Positions 1 through 14,358 of a stretch of 64,000 nucleotides of DNA are shown one piece after another. Each line of letters begins with the position of its first letter. Position 1 is the first letter of the stretch. The notes under the pieces were generated by a model. That model was not told the origin of the DNA, ran no database searches, and saw only the letters and a list, made by a program, of their open reading frames with translations. Origin of the DNA: the human T2T-CHM13v2.0 reference genome, Homo sapiens. The translations under genes and the position numbers were made by a program. The DNA lies in assembly GCA_009914755.4 (NCBI GenBank), contig CP086569.2:29280001-29344000 (forward strand). Reading direction: 5' to 3'.

Positions 1-183
1 AGGAATCGAAACGAATGGAATGGAATCGAACTGAAGAGAGTGGAATGGAATGCACTGGAATGGAAGGGAGTGTAATGGAAGGTTCTCGAAAAAAATGGAA
101 TCGAATGGAATGGAATTGAGTGGAACGGAATAGAGTCGAATGGAATTGAATGGAATGGAATGGACTAGAGTGAAATGAAATCG
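1..183 (+). repeat. HSat3 HOR unit, partial (tail of a unit cut by the window edge)
   Basis: Sequence 1-183 aligns to 3555-3737 of the next unit. Confidence 0.85.
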
Positions 184-3100
184 AACCACAAGGAATGGAC
201 AGGAATAGAATGGTCTCGAATTGAATGGAATCGTATGGAATGGCATCAAACGGAATGGAATGGACAGCCACGGAATGGAATGCACTCGAATGCAATGGAG
301 TCGAAACTTATGGACTAGAATAGAATGGACTCGACTGGTACGGACTCCAATGGAATGGAATCGAATGGAAGGGAATCGAACGGAATGGACTCGAAGGGAA
401 AAGACTGCAATGGAAAGGTCTCGAATGGAATGGAAATTAATGGAATGGAATGGAATCGAATGAAATGGAGTCAAAAGGAATGGAATCGAATGGCAAGAAA
501 TCGAATGTAATGGAATCGCAAGGAATTGATGTGAACGGAACGGAATGGAATGGAATCCAAAGGAATGGAATAGAATGGAATGGAATCGAATGGAAAGGAC
601 TCGAATGGAAATCACTCGAGTAGAATGCAATTTAATAAAATAGGATCAAATGTAATGGAATGGAATGGAAAGGAATCGAAACGAAAGGAATGGAGACAGA
701 TGGAATGGAATGGAACAGAGAGCAATGGTATAGAATGGAATGGAATCATCTGGAATGGAATTGAATGGAATGGAATAATATGAAATGGAATGGAATGGAA
801 TGGAATGGAATGCCCTTGAATTAAATGGACTGGAATGGAATGGACTCGAACAGAGTGGAATGGAAAGTGTTGAGATAGAATGGAATGGACTCCTTTGGAA
901 TGGTGTAGTATGCAATGCAATCGACTGGCAGGGAATCAAAAGGAATGAAATCGAATGGATTCGACTGGAATGCCATGGACTCGAATAGATTGGAAACGGA
1001 ATGCAAAGGAATGGAATGGAATAGTATGGAATGGAATGGAAAGGAATGGAGTGGAATAGACTAGAGTGGAATGGAATGGACTGGAAAGCAATGGACTGGA
1101 ATGGAACTTTCTTGAATGGACTGGAATCAAACGGAATGGAATGCAATGCAATCAAATGGCATGGAATAAAATAGAATGAAAGAGAATCAAATGGAATTGA
1201 ACCGAATGGAATCGAATGGATTGGAAAGGAATAGAATGGAATGGAATGGAATTGACTCAAATGGAATGGACTAGAATGGAATGGATTCGAATGGAAGGCA
1301 AAGGAATGGAATCTATTGGAATGGACTGTAATGGAATGGAATGGAAGGGATTGGAATGGACTCGAATGGAATGGACTGCAATAGAAAGGATTCGAATGGA
1401 ATGAAAAAGAATTGAATGGAATAGAACAGAATGGAATCAAATCGAATGAAATGGAATGGAATAGAAAGGAATGGAATGAAATGGAATGGAAAGGATTCGA
1501 ATGGAATGCAATCGAATGGAATGGAATCGAACGGAATGGAATAAAATGGAAGAAAACTGGCAAGAAATGGAATCGAAATGAATGGAGTGTTATGGAACGG
1601 ACTCAAAAGGAATTGAATGTAATAGAATGGAGTGGAGTGGACTCGAATATAATGGACTGGAATGGAATGAAATCACATGGAATAGGAACGAATGGAATGG
1701 AATGGAAAGGAATGGAATCGAATGGAAAGGAATCGAATGGAAGGGAATGAAATTGAATCAACAGGAATGGAAGGGAATAGAATAGACGGTAATGGAATGG
1801 ACTCGAATAGAATGGACACGAATGCTCAAATTGAATGGACTCGAATGGAATGGAAACGAAAGGAATGTCATCGAATGGAATTGAATCGATTGGAATGAAA
1901 TCGCATAGAATGGAGTGGAATCAAATGGAATTGAATCGAAAGGAAAGGAAGCGAATGGACTGAAATGAAATGGAATGGAATTGAATGGAAAGTAATGCAA
2001 TGGAATAGAATGGAACGAAATTTCACGGAATGGAATCAAACTGAATGGAATCAAATCAATGGAATCAAATCAAATGGAATGGAAAGGAATTGAATGGAGT
2101 AGATGGGATTGGATGGGATTGGAATGAAATGTACTGGAAAGGACTCGAATTTCATGAAACGGAATGGAATGAATTGGAACGGAATGGACTCGAATGGAAT
2201 GGAATGTCATGGAATGGCATCAAATGGAATGGCATCAAATGGAATGGAATCGAATGCAATGGAATGCTATGGAATGGAATGGAATGCATTGGAATGGAAT
2301 GTCCTCTAATGGAATGGATTAGAGTGGAATGGAATCGAATATAATAGAGTCGAATGAAATAGAATTGAAAGGAATGGGATCGAATACAATGGAATATACT
2401 GGAATGTAACGTAATGAACTCGAATGTAATTGACTGGAAAGGAATGTACATGAATGGAATGTAATCGAATGAAAAGTAATCCAATGGAATAGAATCTAAT
2501 GCAATAAAATCGACTCAAATAGAGTAGAATGTAATGGAATGGAGTGCAGTGCAATGGAATTTAATGGAATGGAATGCAATGGAATGGAATGGAATGGAAT
2601 GGAATGGGATGGAATGGTATGGAATGGATAGTAATGGACTGGAGTGAAATGGACTGGAAAGGAATGGATTCAAATTGAAAGGGCTCGAAAGGAATGGAGT
2701 CAAATGGAATGGTCTGGAATGGAATGAACACGAATGTAATGCAATCCAATAGAATGGAATCGAATGGCATGGAATATAAAGAAATGGAATCGAAGAGAAT
2801 GGAAACAAATGGAATGGAATTGAATGGAATGGAATTGAATGGAATGGGAACGAATGGAGTGAAATTGTATGCAGTAGAAGAGAATAGAATGGAATGCAAG
2901 CGAAAGGAAAGGAATGGATTGGAATGGAATGGAATTCATTGGAATGGAAGGGAATGTAGTGTAATGGACAGGCCTGGAATAAAGTGGAATGCTACGGTCT
3001 CGAATGGAATAAAAATGTATGGAATGGAATGCAATGAAACGGAATCGAATGTCATAGAATGTAATGGAATGCAAAAAAATGGAATCCAAAATCATTGACT

Positions 3101-3737
3101 GGAAAGGCTGGGTGTCGAAAGGAATTGACTCCAATGGAATGGAATCGAATGGAATGGAAGTGAATAGAATCGAACTAAATCGAATGGAATGGAATTGATA
3201 GGAACGGATTGGAAAGGAATGCAATGATTTGGCATGGAATGGAATCGAATGGCATCGAATGGAATGGAATGGAATGCAATGGAATGGAATGTATTAGAAT
3301 GTAATGAACTTTAATGGAATGTACTCGAATGGATTCGACTGGAATGGAATGTTCTGGAAGTGAATGGACTCCAATGGAATGGATTCAAAAGGAATGGAAT
3401 CGTACGGAATGGAATCTAATGGAATGGAATTAAATGGAAATGAATCAAATTGAATAGCACGGAATTGAATTGAATGGAATCGAATGCAATGGAATCTAAT
3501 GAAACGGAAAGGAAAGGAATGGAATGGAATGGAATGGAATGGGCTGGAATGGAAAGGAATCGAAACGAATGGAATGGAATCGAACTGAAGAGACTGGAAT
3601 GGAATGCACTGGAATGGAAGGGAGTGTAATGGAAGGTTCTCGAAAAAAATGGAATCGAATGGAATGGAATTGAATGGAACGGAATAGAGTCGAATGGAAT
3701 TGAATGGAATGGAATGGACTAGAGTGAAATGGAATCG
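184..3737 (+). repeat. HSat3/DYZ1-type HOR unit 1 (3554 bp)
   Basis: Anchor-to-anchor spacing; ORF 221..463/325..510 recurs at 3729..4064. Confidence 0.9.
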
Positions 3738-6700
3738 AACCACAAGGAATGGACAGGAATAGAATGGTCTCGAATTGAATGGAATCGTATGGAATGGCAT
3801 CAAACGGAATGGAATGGACAGCCACAGAATGGAATGCACTCGAATGCAATGGAGTCGAAACTAATGGACTGGAATAGAATGGACTCGACTGGTACGGACT
3901 CCAATGGAATGGAATCGAATGGAAGGGAATCGAACGGAATGGACTCGAAGGGAAAAGACTGCAATGGAAAGGTCTCGAATGGAATGGAAATTAATGGAAT
4001 GGAATGGAATCGAATGAAATGGAGTCAAAAGGAATGGAATCGAATGGCAAGAAATCGAATGTAATGGAATCGCAAGGAATTGATGTGAACGGAACGGAAT
4101 GGAATGGAATCCAAAGGAATGGAATAGAATGGAATGGAATCGAATGGAAAGGACTCGAATGGAAATCACTCGAATAGAATGCAATTTAATAAAATAGGAT
4201 CAAATGTAATGGGATGGAATGGAAAGGAATCGAAACGAAAGGAATGGAGACAGATGGAATGGAATGGAACAGAGAGCAATGGTATAGAATGGAATGGAAT
4301 CATCTGGAATGGAATTGAATGGAATGGAATAATATGAAATGGAATGGAATGGAATGGAATGGAATGCCCTTGAATTAAATGGACTGGAATGGAATGGACT
4401 CGAACAGAGTGGAATGGAAAGTGTTGAGATAGAATGGAATGGACTCCTTTGGAATGGTGTAGTATGCAATGCAATCGACTGGCAGGGAATCAAAAGGAAT
4501 GTAATGGAATGGATTGGACTGGAATGCAATGGACTCGAATAGATTGGAAACGGAATGCAAAGGAATGGAATGGAATAGTATGGAATGGAATGGAAAGGAA
4601 TGGAGTGGAATAGACTAGAGTGGAATGGAATGGACTGGAAAGCAATGGACTGGAATGGAACTTTCTTGAATGGACTGGAATCAAACGGAATGGAATGCAA
4701 TGCAATCAAATGGCATGGAATAAAATAGAATGAAAGAGAATCAAATGGAATTGAATCGAATGGATTGGAAAGGAATAGAATGGAATGGAATGGAATTGAC
4801 TCAAATGGAATGGACTAGAATGGAATGGATTCGAATGGAAGGCAAAGGAATGGAATCTATTGGAATGGACTGTAATGGAATGGAATGGAAGGGATTGGAA
4901 TGGACTCGAATGGAATGGACTGCAATAGAAAGGATTCGAATGGAATGAAAAAGAATTGAATGGAATAGAACAGAATGGAATCAAATCGAATGAAATGGAA
5001 TGGAATAGAAAGGAATGGAATGAAATGGAATGGAAAGGATTCGAATGGAATGCAATCGAATGGAATGGAATCGAACGGAATGGAATAAAATGGAAGAAAA
5101 CTGGCAAGAAATGGAATCGAAATGAATGGAGTGTTATGGAACGGACTCAAAAGGAATTGAATGTAATAGAATGGAGTGGAGTGGACTCGAATATAATGGA
5201 CTGGAATGGAATGAAATCACATGGAATGGGAACGAATGGAATGGAATGGAAAGGAATGGAATCGAATGGAAAGGAATCGAATGGAAGGGAATGAAATTGA
5301 ATCAACAGGAATGGAAGGGAATAGAATAGACGGTAATGGAATGGACTCGAATAGAATGGACACGAATGCTCAAATTGAATGGACTCGAATGGAATGGAAA
5401 CGAAAGGAATGTCATCGAATGGAATTGAATCGATTGGAATGAAATCGCATAGAATGGAGTGGAATCAAATGGAATTGAATCGAAAGGAAAGGAAGCGAAT
5501 GGACTGAAATGAAATGGAATGGAATTGAATGGAAAGTAATGCAATGGAATAGAATGGAACGAAATTTCACGGAATGGAATCAAACTGAATGGAATCAAAT
5601 GAATGGAATCTAATCAAATGGAATGGAAAGGAATTGAATGGAGTAGATTGGATTGGATGGGATTGGAATGAAATGTACTGGAAAGGACTCGAATTTCATG
5701 AAACGGAATGGAATGAATTGGAACGGAATGGACTCGAATGGAATGGAATGTCATGGAATGGCATCAAATGGAATGGCATCAAATGGAATGGAATCGAATG
5801 CAATGGAATGCTATGGAATGGAATGGAATGCATTGGAATGGAATGTCCTCTAATGGAATGGATTCGAGTGGAATGGAATCGAATATAATAGAGTCGAATG
5901 AAATAGAATTGAAAGGAATGGGATCGAATACAATGGAATATACTGGAATGTAACGTAATGAACTCGAATGTAATTGACTGGAATGGAATGTACATGAATG
6001 GAATGTAATCGAATGGAAAGTAATCCAATGGAATAGAATCTAATGCAATAAAATCGACTCAAATAGAGTAGAATGTAATGGAATGGAGTGCAGTGCAATG
6101 GAATGGAATGGAATGGAATGCAATGGAATGGAATGGAATGGGATGGAATGGTATGGAATGGATAGTAATGGACTGGAGTGAAATGGAGTGGAAAGGAATG
6201 GACTCAAATTGAAAGGGCTCGAAAGGAATGGAGTCAAATGGAATGGTCTGGAATGGAATGAACACGAATGTAATGCAATCCAATAGAATGGAATCGAATG
6301 GCATGGAACATAAAGAAATGGAATCGAAGAGAATGGAAACAAATGGAATGGAATTGAATGGAATGGAATTGAATGGAATGGGAACGAATGGAGTGAAATT
6401 GTATGCAGTAGAAGAGAATAGAATGGAATGCAAGCGAAAGGAAAGGAATGGATTGGAATGGAATGGAATTCATTGGAATGGAAGGGAATGTAGTGTAATG
6501 GACAGGCCTGGAATAAAGTGGAATGCTACGGTCTCGAATGGAATAAAAATGTATGGAATGGAATGCAATGAAACGGAATCGAATGTCATAGAATGTAATG
6601 GAATGCAAAAAAATGGAATCCAAAATCATTGACTGGAAAGGCTGGGTGTCGAAAGGAATTGACTCCAATGGAATGGAATCGAATGGAATGGAAGTGAATA

Positions 6701-7271
6701 GAATCGAACTAAATCGAATGGAATGGAATTGATAGGAACGGAATGGAAAAGAATGCAATGATTTGGCATGGAATGGAATCGAATGGCATCGAATGGAATG
6801 GAAAGGAATGCAATGGAATGGAATGTATTAGAATGTAATGAACTTTAATGGAATGTACTCGAATGGATTCGACTGGAATGGAATGTTCTGGAAGTGAATG
6901 GGCTCCAATGGAATGGATTCAAAAGGAATGGAATCGTACGGAATGGAATCTAATGGAATGGAATTAAATGGAAATGAATCAAATTGAATAGCACGGAATT
7001 GAATTGAATGGAATCGAATGCAATGGAATCTAATGAAACGGAAAGGAATGGAGTGCAATGGAATGGAATGGAATGGGCTGGAATGGAAAGGAATCGAAAC
7101 GAATGGAATGGAATCGAACTGAAGAGACTGGAATGGAATGCACTGGAATGGAAGGGAGTGTAATGGAAGGTTCTCGACAAAAATGGAATCGAATGGAATG
7201 GAATTGAATGGAACGGAATAGGGTCTAATGGAATTGAATGGAATGGAATGGACTAGAGTGAAATGGAATCG
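3738..7271 (+). repeat. HSat3/DYZ1-type HOR unit 2 (3534 bp)
   Basis: Anchor-to-anchor spacing; the ORF set 3729..4064, 4134..4337 and so on recurs in the neighbouring units. Confidence 0.9.
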
Positions 7272-10200
7272 AACCACAAGGAATGGACAGGAATAGAATG
7301 GTCTCGAATTGAATGGAATCGTATGGAATGGCATCAAACGGAATGGAATGGACAGCCACGGAATGGAATGCACTCGAATGCAATGGAGTCGAAACTAATG
7401 GACTGGAATAGAATGGACTCGACTGGTACGGACTCCAATGGAATGGAATCGAATGGAAGGGAATCGAACGGAATGGACTCGAAGGGAAAAGACTGCAATG
7501 GAAAGGTCTCGAATGGAATGGAAATTAATGGAATGGAATGGAATCGAATGAAATGGAGTCAAAAGGAATGGAATCGAATGGCAAGAAATCGAATGTAATG
7601 GAATCGCAAGGAATTGATGTGAACGGAACAGAATGGAATGGAATCCAAAGGAATGGAATAGAATGGAATGGAATCGAATGGAAAGGACTCGAATGGAAAT
7701 CACTCGAATAGAATGCAATTTAATAAAATAGGATCAAATGTAATGGAATGGAATGGAAAGGAATCGAAACGAAAGGAATGGAGACAGATGGAATGGAATG
7801 GAACAGAGAGCAATGGTATAGAATGGAATGGAATCATCTGGAATGGAATTGAATGGAATGGAATAATATGAAATGGAATGGAATGGAATGGAATGGAATG
7901 CCCTTGAATTAAATGGACTGGAATGGAATGGACTCGAACAGAGTGGAATGGAAAGTGTTGAGATAGAATGGAATGGACTCCTTTGGAATGGTCTAGTATG
8001 CAATGCAATCGACTGGCAGGGAATCAAAAGGAATGTAATCGAATGGATTGGACTGGAATGCAATGGACTCGAATAGATTGGAAACGGAATGCAAAGGAAT
8101 GGAATGGAATAGTATGGAATGGAATGGAAAGGAATGGAGTGGAATAGACTAGAGTGGAATGGAATGGACTGGAAAGCAATGGACTGGAATGGAACTTTCT
8201 TGAATGGACTGGAATCAAGCGGAATGGAATGCAATGCAATCAAATGGCATGGAATAAAATAGAATGAAAGAGAATCAAATGGAATTGAATCGAATGGAAT
8301 CGAATGGATTGGAAAGGAATAGAATGGAATGGAATGGAATGGACTAGAATGGAATGGATTCGAATGGAAGGCAAAGGAATGGAATCTATTGGAATGGACT
8401 GTAATGGAATGGAATGGAAGGGATTGGAATGGACTCGAATGGAATGGACTGCAATAGAAAGGATTCGAATGGAATGAAAAAGAATTGAATGGAATAGAAC
8501 AGAATGGAATCAAATCGAATGAAATGGAATGGAATAGAAAGGAATGGAATGAAATGGAATGGAAAGGATTCGAATGGAATGCAATCGAATGGAATGGAAT
8601 CGAACGGAATGGAATAAAATGGAAGAAAACTGGCAAGAAATGGAATCGAAATGAATGGAGTGTTATGGAACGGACTCAAAAGGAATTGAATGTAATAGAA
8701 TGGAGTGGAGTGGACTCGAATATAATGGACTGGAATGGAATGAAATCACATGGAATGGGAACGAATGGAATGGAATGGAAAGGAATGGAATCGAATGGAA
8801 AGGAATCGAATGGAAGGGAATGAAATTGAATCAACAGGAATGGAAGGGAATAGAATAGACGGTAATGGAATGGACTCGAATAGAATGGACACGAATGCTC
8901 AAATTGAATGGACTCGAATGGAATGGAAACGAAAGGAATGTCATCGAATGGAATTGAATCGATTGGAATGAAATCGCATAGAATGGAGTGGAATCAAATG
9001 GAATTGAATCGAAAGGAAAGGAAGCGAATGGACTGAAATGAAATGGAATGGAATTGAATGGAAAGTAATGCAATGGAATAGAATGGAACGAAATTTCACG
9101 GAATGGAATCAAACTGAATGGAATCAAATCAATGGAATCAAATCAAATGGAATGGAAAGGAATTGAATGGAGTAGATTGGATTGGATGGGATTGGAATGA
9201 AATGTACTGGAAAGGACTCGAATTTCATGAAACGGAATGGAATGAATTGGAACGGAATGGACTCGAATGGAATGGAATGTCACGGAATGGCATCAAATGG
9301 AATGGCATCAAATGGAATGGAATCGAATGCAATGGAATGCTATGGAATGGAATGGAATGCATTGGAATGGAAGGTCCTCTAATGGAATGGATTCGAGTGG
9401 AATGGAATCGAATATAATGGAGTCGAATGAAATGGAATTGAAAGGAATGGGATCGAATACAATGGAATATACAGGAATGTAATGTAATGAACTCGAATGT
9501 AATTGACTGGAATGGAATGTACATGAATGGAATGTAATCGAATGGAAAGTAATCCAATGGAATAGAATCTAATGCAATAAAATCGACTCAGATAGAGTAG
9601 AATGTAATGGAATGGAGTGCAGTGCAATGGAATGGAATGGAATGGAATGCAATGGAATGGAATGGAATGGAATGGAATGGAATGGAATGGGATGGAATGG
9701 TATGGAATGGATAGTAATGGACTGGAGTGAAATGGACTGGAAAGGAATGGATTCAAATTGAAAGGGCTCGAAAGGAATGGAGTCAAATGGAATGGTCTGG
9801 AATGGAATGAACACGAATGTAATGCAATCCAATAGAATGGAATCGAACGGCATGGAATATAAAGAAATGGAATTGAAGAGAATGGAAACAAATGGAATGG
9901 AATTGAATGGAATGGAATTGAATGGAATGGGAACGAATGGAGTGAAATTGTATGCAGTAGAAGAGAATAGAATGGAATGCAAGCGAAAGGAAAGGAATGG
10001 ATTGGAATGGAATGGAATTCATTGGAATGGAAGGGAATGTAGTGTAATGGACAGGCCTGGAATAAAGTGGAATGCTACGGTCTCGAATGGAATAAAAATG
10101 TATGGAATGGAATGCAATGAAACGGAATCGAATGTCATAGAATGTAATGGAATGCAAAAAAATGGAATCCAAAATCATTGACTGGAAAGGCTGGGTGTCG

Positions 10201-10815
10201 AAAGGAATTGACTCCAATGGAATGGAATCGAATGGAATGGAAGTGAATAGAATCGAACTAAATCGAATGGAATGGAATTGATAGGAACGGATTGGAAAGG
10301 AATGCAATGATTTGGCATGGAATGGAATCGAATGGCATCGAATGGAATGGAATGGAATGCAATGGAATGGAATGTATTAGAATGTAATGAACTTTAATGG
10401 AATGTACTCGAATGGATTCGACTGGAATGGAATGTTCTGGAAGTGAATGGACTCCAATGGAATGGATTCAAAAGGAATGGAATCGTACGGAATGGAATCT
10501 AATGGAATGGAATTAAATGGAAATGAATCAAATTGAATAGCACGGAATTGAATTGAATGGAATGGAATGCAATGGAATCTAATGAAACGGAAAGGAAAGG
10601 AATGGAATGGAATGGAATGGTCTGGAATGGAAAGGAATCGAAACGAATGGAATGGAATCGAACTGAAGAGACTGGAATGGAATGCACTGGAATGGAAGGG
10701 AGTGTAATGGAAGGTTCTCGAAAAAAATGGAATCGAATGGAATGGAATTGAATGGAACGGAATAGAGTCGAATGGAATTGAATGGAATAGAATGGACTAG
10801 AGTGAAATGGAATCG
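7272..10815 (+). repeat. HSat3/DYZ1-type HOR unit 3 (3544 bp)
   Basis: Anchor spacing; ORF 7263..7598 matches 10807..11142. Confidence 0.9.
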
Positions 10816-13800
10816 AACCACAAGGAATGGACAGGAATAGAATGGTCTCGAATTGAATGGAATCGTATGGAATGGCATCAAACGGAATGGAATGGACAGC
10901 CACGGAATGGAATGCACTCGAATGCAATGGAGTCGAAACTAATGGACTGGAATAGAATGGACTCGACTGGTACGGACTCCAATGGAATGGAATCGAATGG
11001 AAGGGAATCGAACGGAATGGACTCGAAGGGAAAAGACTGCAATGGAAAGGTCTCGAATGGAATGGAAATTAATGGAATGGAATGGAATCGAATGAAATGG
11101 AGTCAAAAGGAATGGAATCGAATGGCAAGAAATCGAATGTAATGGAATCGCAAGGAATTGATGTGAACGGAACGGAATGGAATGGAATCCAAAGGAATGG
11201 AATAGAATGGAATGGAATCGAATGGAAAGGACTCGAATGGAAATCACTCGAATAGAATGCAATTTAATAAAATAGGATCAAATGTAATGGAATGGAATGG
11301 AAAGGAATCGAAACGAAAGGAATGGAGACAGATGGAATGGAATGGAACAGAGAGCAATGGTATAGAATGGAATGGAATCATCTGGAATGGAATTGAATGG
11401 AATGGAATAATATGAAATGGAATGGAATGGAATGGAATGGAATGCCCTTGAATTAAATGGACTGGAATGGAATGGACTCGAACAGAGTGGAATGGAAAGT
11501 GTTGAGATAGAATGGAATGGACTCCTTTGGAATGGTGTAGTATGCAATGCAATCGACTGGCAGGGAATCAAAAGGAATGTAATGGAATGGATTGGACTGG
11601 AATGCAATGGACTCGAATAGATTGGAAACGGAATGCAAAGGAATGGAATGGAATAGTATGGAATGGAATGGAAAGGAATGGAGTGGAATAGACTAGAGTG
11701 GAATGGAATGGACTGGAAAGCAATGGACTGGAATGGAACTTTCTTGAATGGACTGGAATCAAACGGAATGGAATGCAATGCAATCAATGGCATGGAATAA
11801 AATAGAATGAAAGAGAATCAAATGGAATTGAATCGAATGGATTGGAAAGGAATAGAATGGAATGGAATGGAATTGACTCAAATGGAATGGACTAGAATGG
11901 AATGGATTCGAATGGAAGGCAAAGGAATGGAATCTATTGGAATGGACTGTAATGGAATGGAATGGAAGGGATTGGAATGGACTCGAATGGAATGGACTGC
12001 AATAGAAAGGATTCGAATGGAATGAAAAAGAATTGAATGGAATAGAACAGAATGGAATCAAATCGAATGAAATGGAATGGAATAGAAAGGAATGGAATGA
12101 AATGGAATGGAAAGGATTCGAATGGAATGCAATCGAATGGAATGGAATCGAACGGAATGGAATAAAATGGAAGAAAACTGGCAAGAAATGGAATCGAAAT
12201 GAATGGAGTGTTATGGAACGGACTCAAAAGGAATTGAATGTAATAGAATGGAGTGGAGTGGACTCGAATATAATGGACTGGAATGGAATGAAATCACATG
12301 GAATGGGAACGAATGGAATGGAATGGAAAGGAATGGAATCGAATGGAAAGGAATCGAATGGAAGGGAATGAAATTGAATCAACAGGAATGGAAGGGAATA
12401 GAATAGACGGTAATGGAATGGACTCGAATAGAATGGACACGAATGCTCAAATTGAATGGACTCGAATGGAATGGAAACGAAAGGAATGTCATCGAATGGA
12501 ATTGAATCGATTGGAATGAAATCGCATAGAATGGAGTGGAATCAAATGGAATTGAATCGAAAGGAAAGGAAGCGAATGGACTGAAATGAAATGGAATGGA
12601 ATTGAATGGAAAGTAATGCAATGGAATAGAATGGAACGAAATTTCACGGAATGGAATCAAACTGAATGGAATCAAATCAATGGAATATAATCAAATGGAA
12701 TGGAAAGGAATTGAATGGAGTAGATTGGATTGGATGGGATTGGAATGAAATGTACTGGAAAGGACTCGAATTTCATGAAACGGAATGGAATGAATTGGAA
12801 CGGAATGGACTCGAATGGAATGGAATGTCATGGAATGGCATCAAATGGAATGGCATCAAATGGAATGGAATCGAATGCAATGGAATGCTATGGAATGGAA
12901 TGGAATGCATTGGAATGGAATGTCCTCTAATGGAATGGATTCGAGTGGAATGCAATCGAATATAATAGAGTCGAATGAAATAGAATTGAAAGGAATGGGA
13001 TCGAATACAATGGAATATACTGGAATGTAACGTAATGAACTCGAATGTAATTGACTGGAATGGAATGTACATGAATGGAATGTAATCGAATGGAAAGTAA
13101 TCCAATGGAATAGAATCTAATGCAATAAAATCGACTCAGATAGAGTAGAATGGAATGGAATGGAGTGCAGTGCAATGGAATGGAATGGAATGGAATGCAA
13201 TGGAATGGAATGGAATGGGATGGAATGGTATGGAATGGATAGTAATGGACTGGAGTGAAATGGACTGGAAAGGAATGGACTCAAATTGAAAGGGCTCGAA
13301 AGGAATGGAGTCAAATGGAATGGTCTGGAATGGAATGAACACGAATGTAATGCAATCCAATAGAATGGAATCGAATGGCATGGAATATAAAGAAATGGAA
13401 TCGAAGAGAATGGAAACAAATGGAATGGAATTGAATGGAATGGAATTGAATGGAATGGGAACGAATGGAGTGAAATTGTATGCAGTAGAAGGGAATAGAA
13501 TGGAATGCAAGCGAAAGGAAAGGAATGGATTGGAATGGAATGGAATTCATTGGAATGGAAGGGAATGTAGTGTAATGGACAGGCCTGGAATAAAGTGTAA
13601 TGCTACGGTCTCGAATGGAATAAACATGTATGGAATGGAATGCAATGAAACGGAATCGAATGTCATAGAATGTAATGGAATGCAACAAAATGGAATCCAA
13701 AATCATTGACTGGAAAGGCTGGGTGTCGAAAGGAATTGACTCCAATGGAATGGAATCGAATGGAATGGAAGTGAATAGAATCGAACTAAATCGAATGGAA

Positions 13801-14358
13801 TGGAATTGATAGGAACGGAATGGAAAGGAATGCAATGATTTGGCATGGAATGGAATCGAATGGCATCGAATGGAATGGAATGGAATGCAATGGAATGGAA
13901 TGTATTAGAATGTAATGAACTTTAATGGAATGTACTCGAATGGATTCGACTGGAATGGAATGTTCTGGAAGTGAATGGACTCCAATGGAATGGATTCAAA
14001 AGGAATGGAATCGTACGGAATGGAATCTAATGGAATGGAATTAAATGGAAATGAATCAAATTGAATAGCACGGAATTGAATTGAATGGAATGGAATGCAA
14101 TGGAATCTAATGAAACGGAAAGGAATGGAATGGAATGGAATGGAATGGAATGGAATGGAATGGGCTGGAATGGAAAGGAATCGGAACGAATGGAATGGAA
14201 TCGAACTGAAGAGACTGGAATGGAATGCACTGGAATGGAAGGGAGTGTAATGGAAGGTTCTCGAAAAAAATGGAATCGAATGGAATGGAATTGAATGGAA
14301 CGGAATAGAGTCGAATGGAATTGAATGGAATGGAATGGACTGGAGTGAAATGGTATCG
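10816..14358 (+). repeat. HSat3/DYZ1-type HOR unit 4 (3543 bp)
   Basis: Anchor spacing; ORF 10807..11142 matches 14335..14685. Confidence 0.9.
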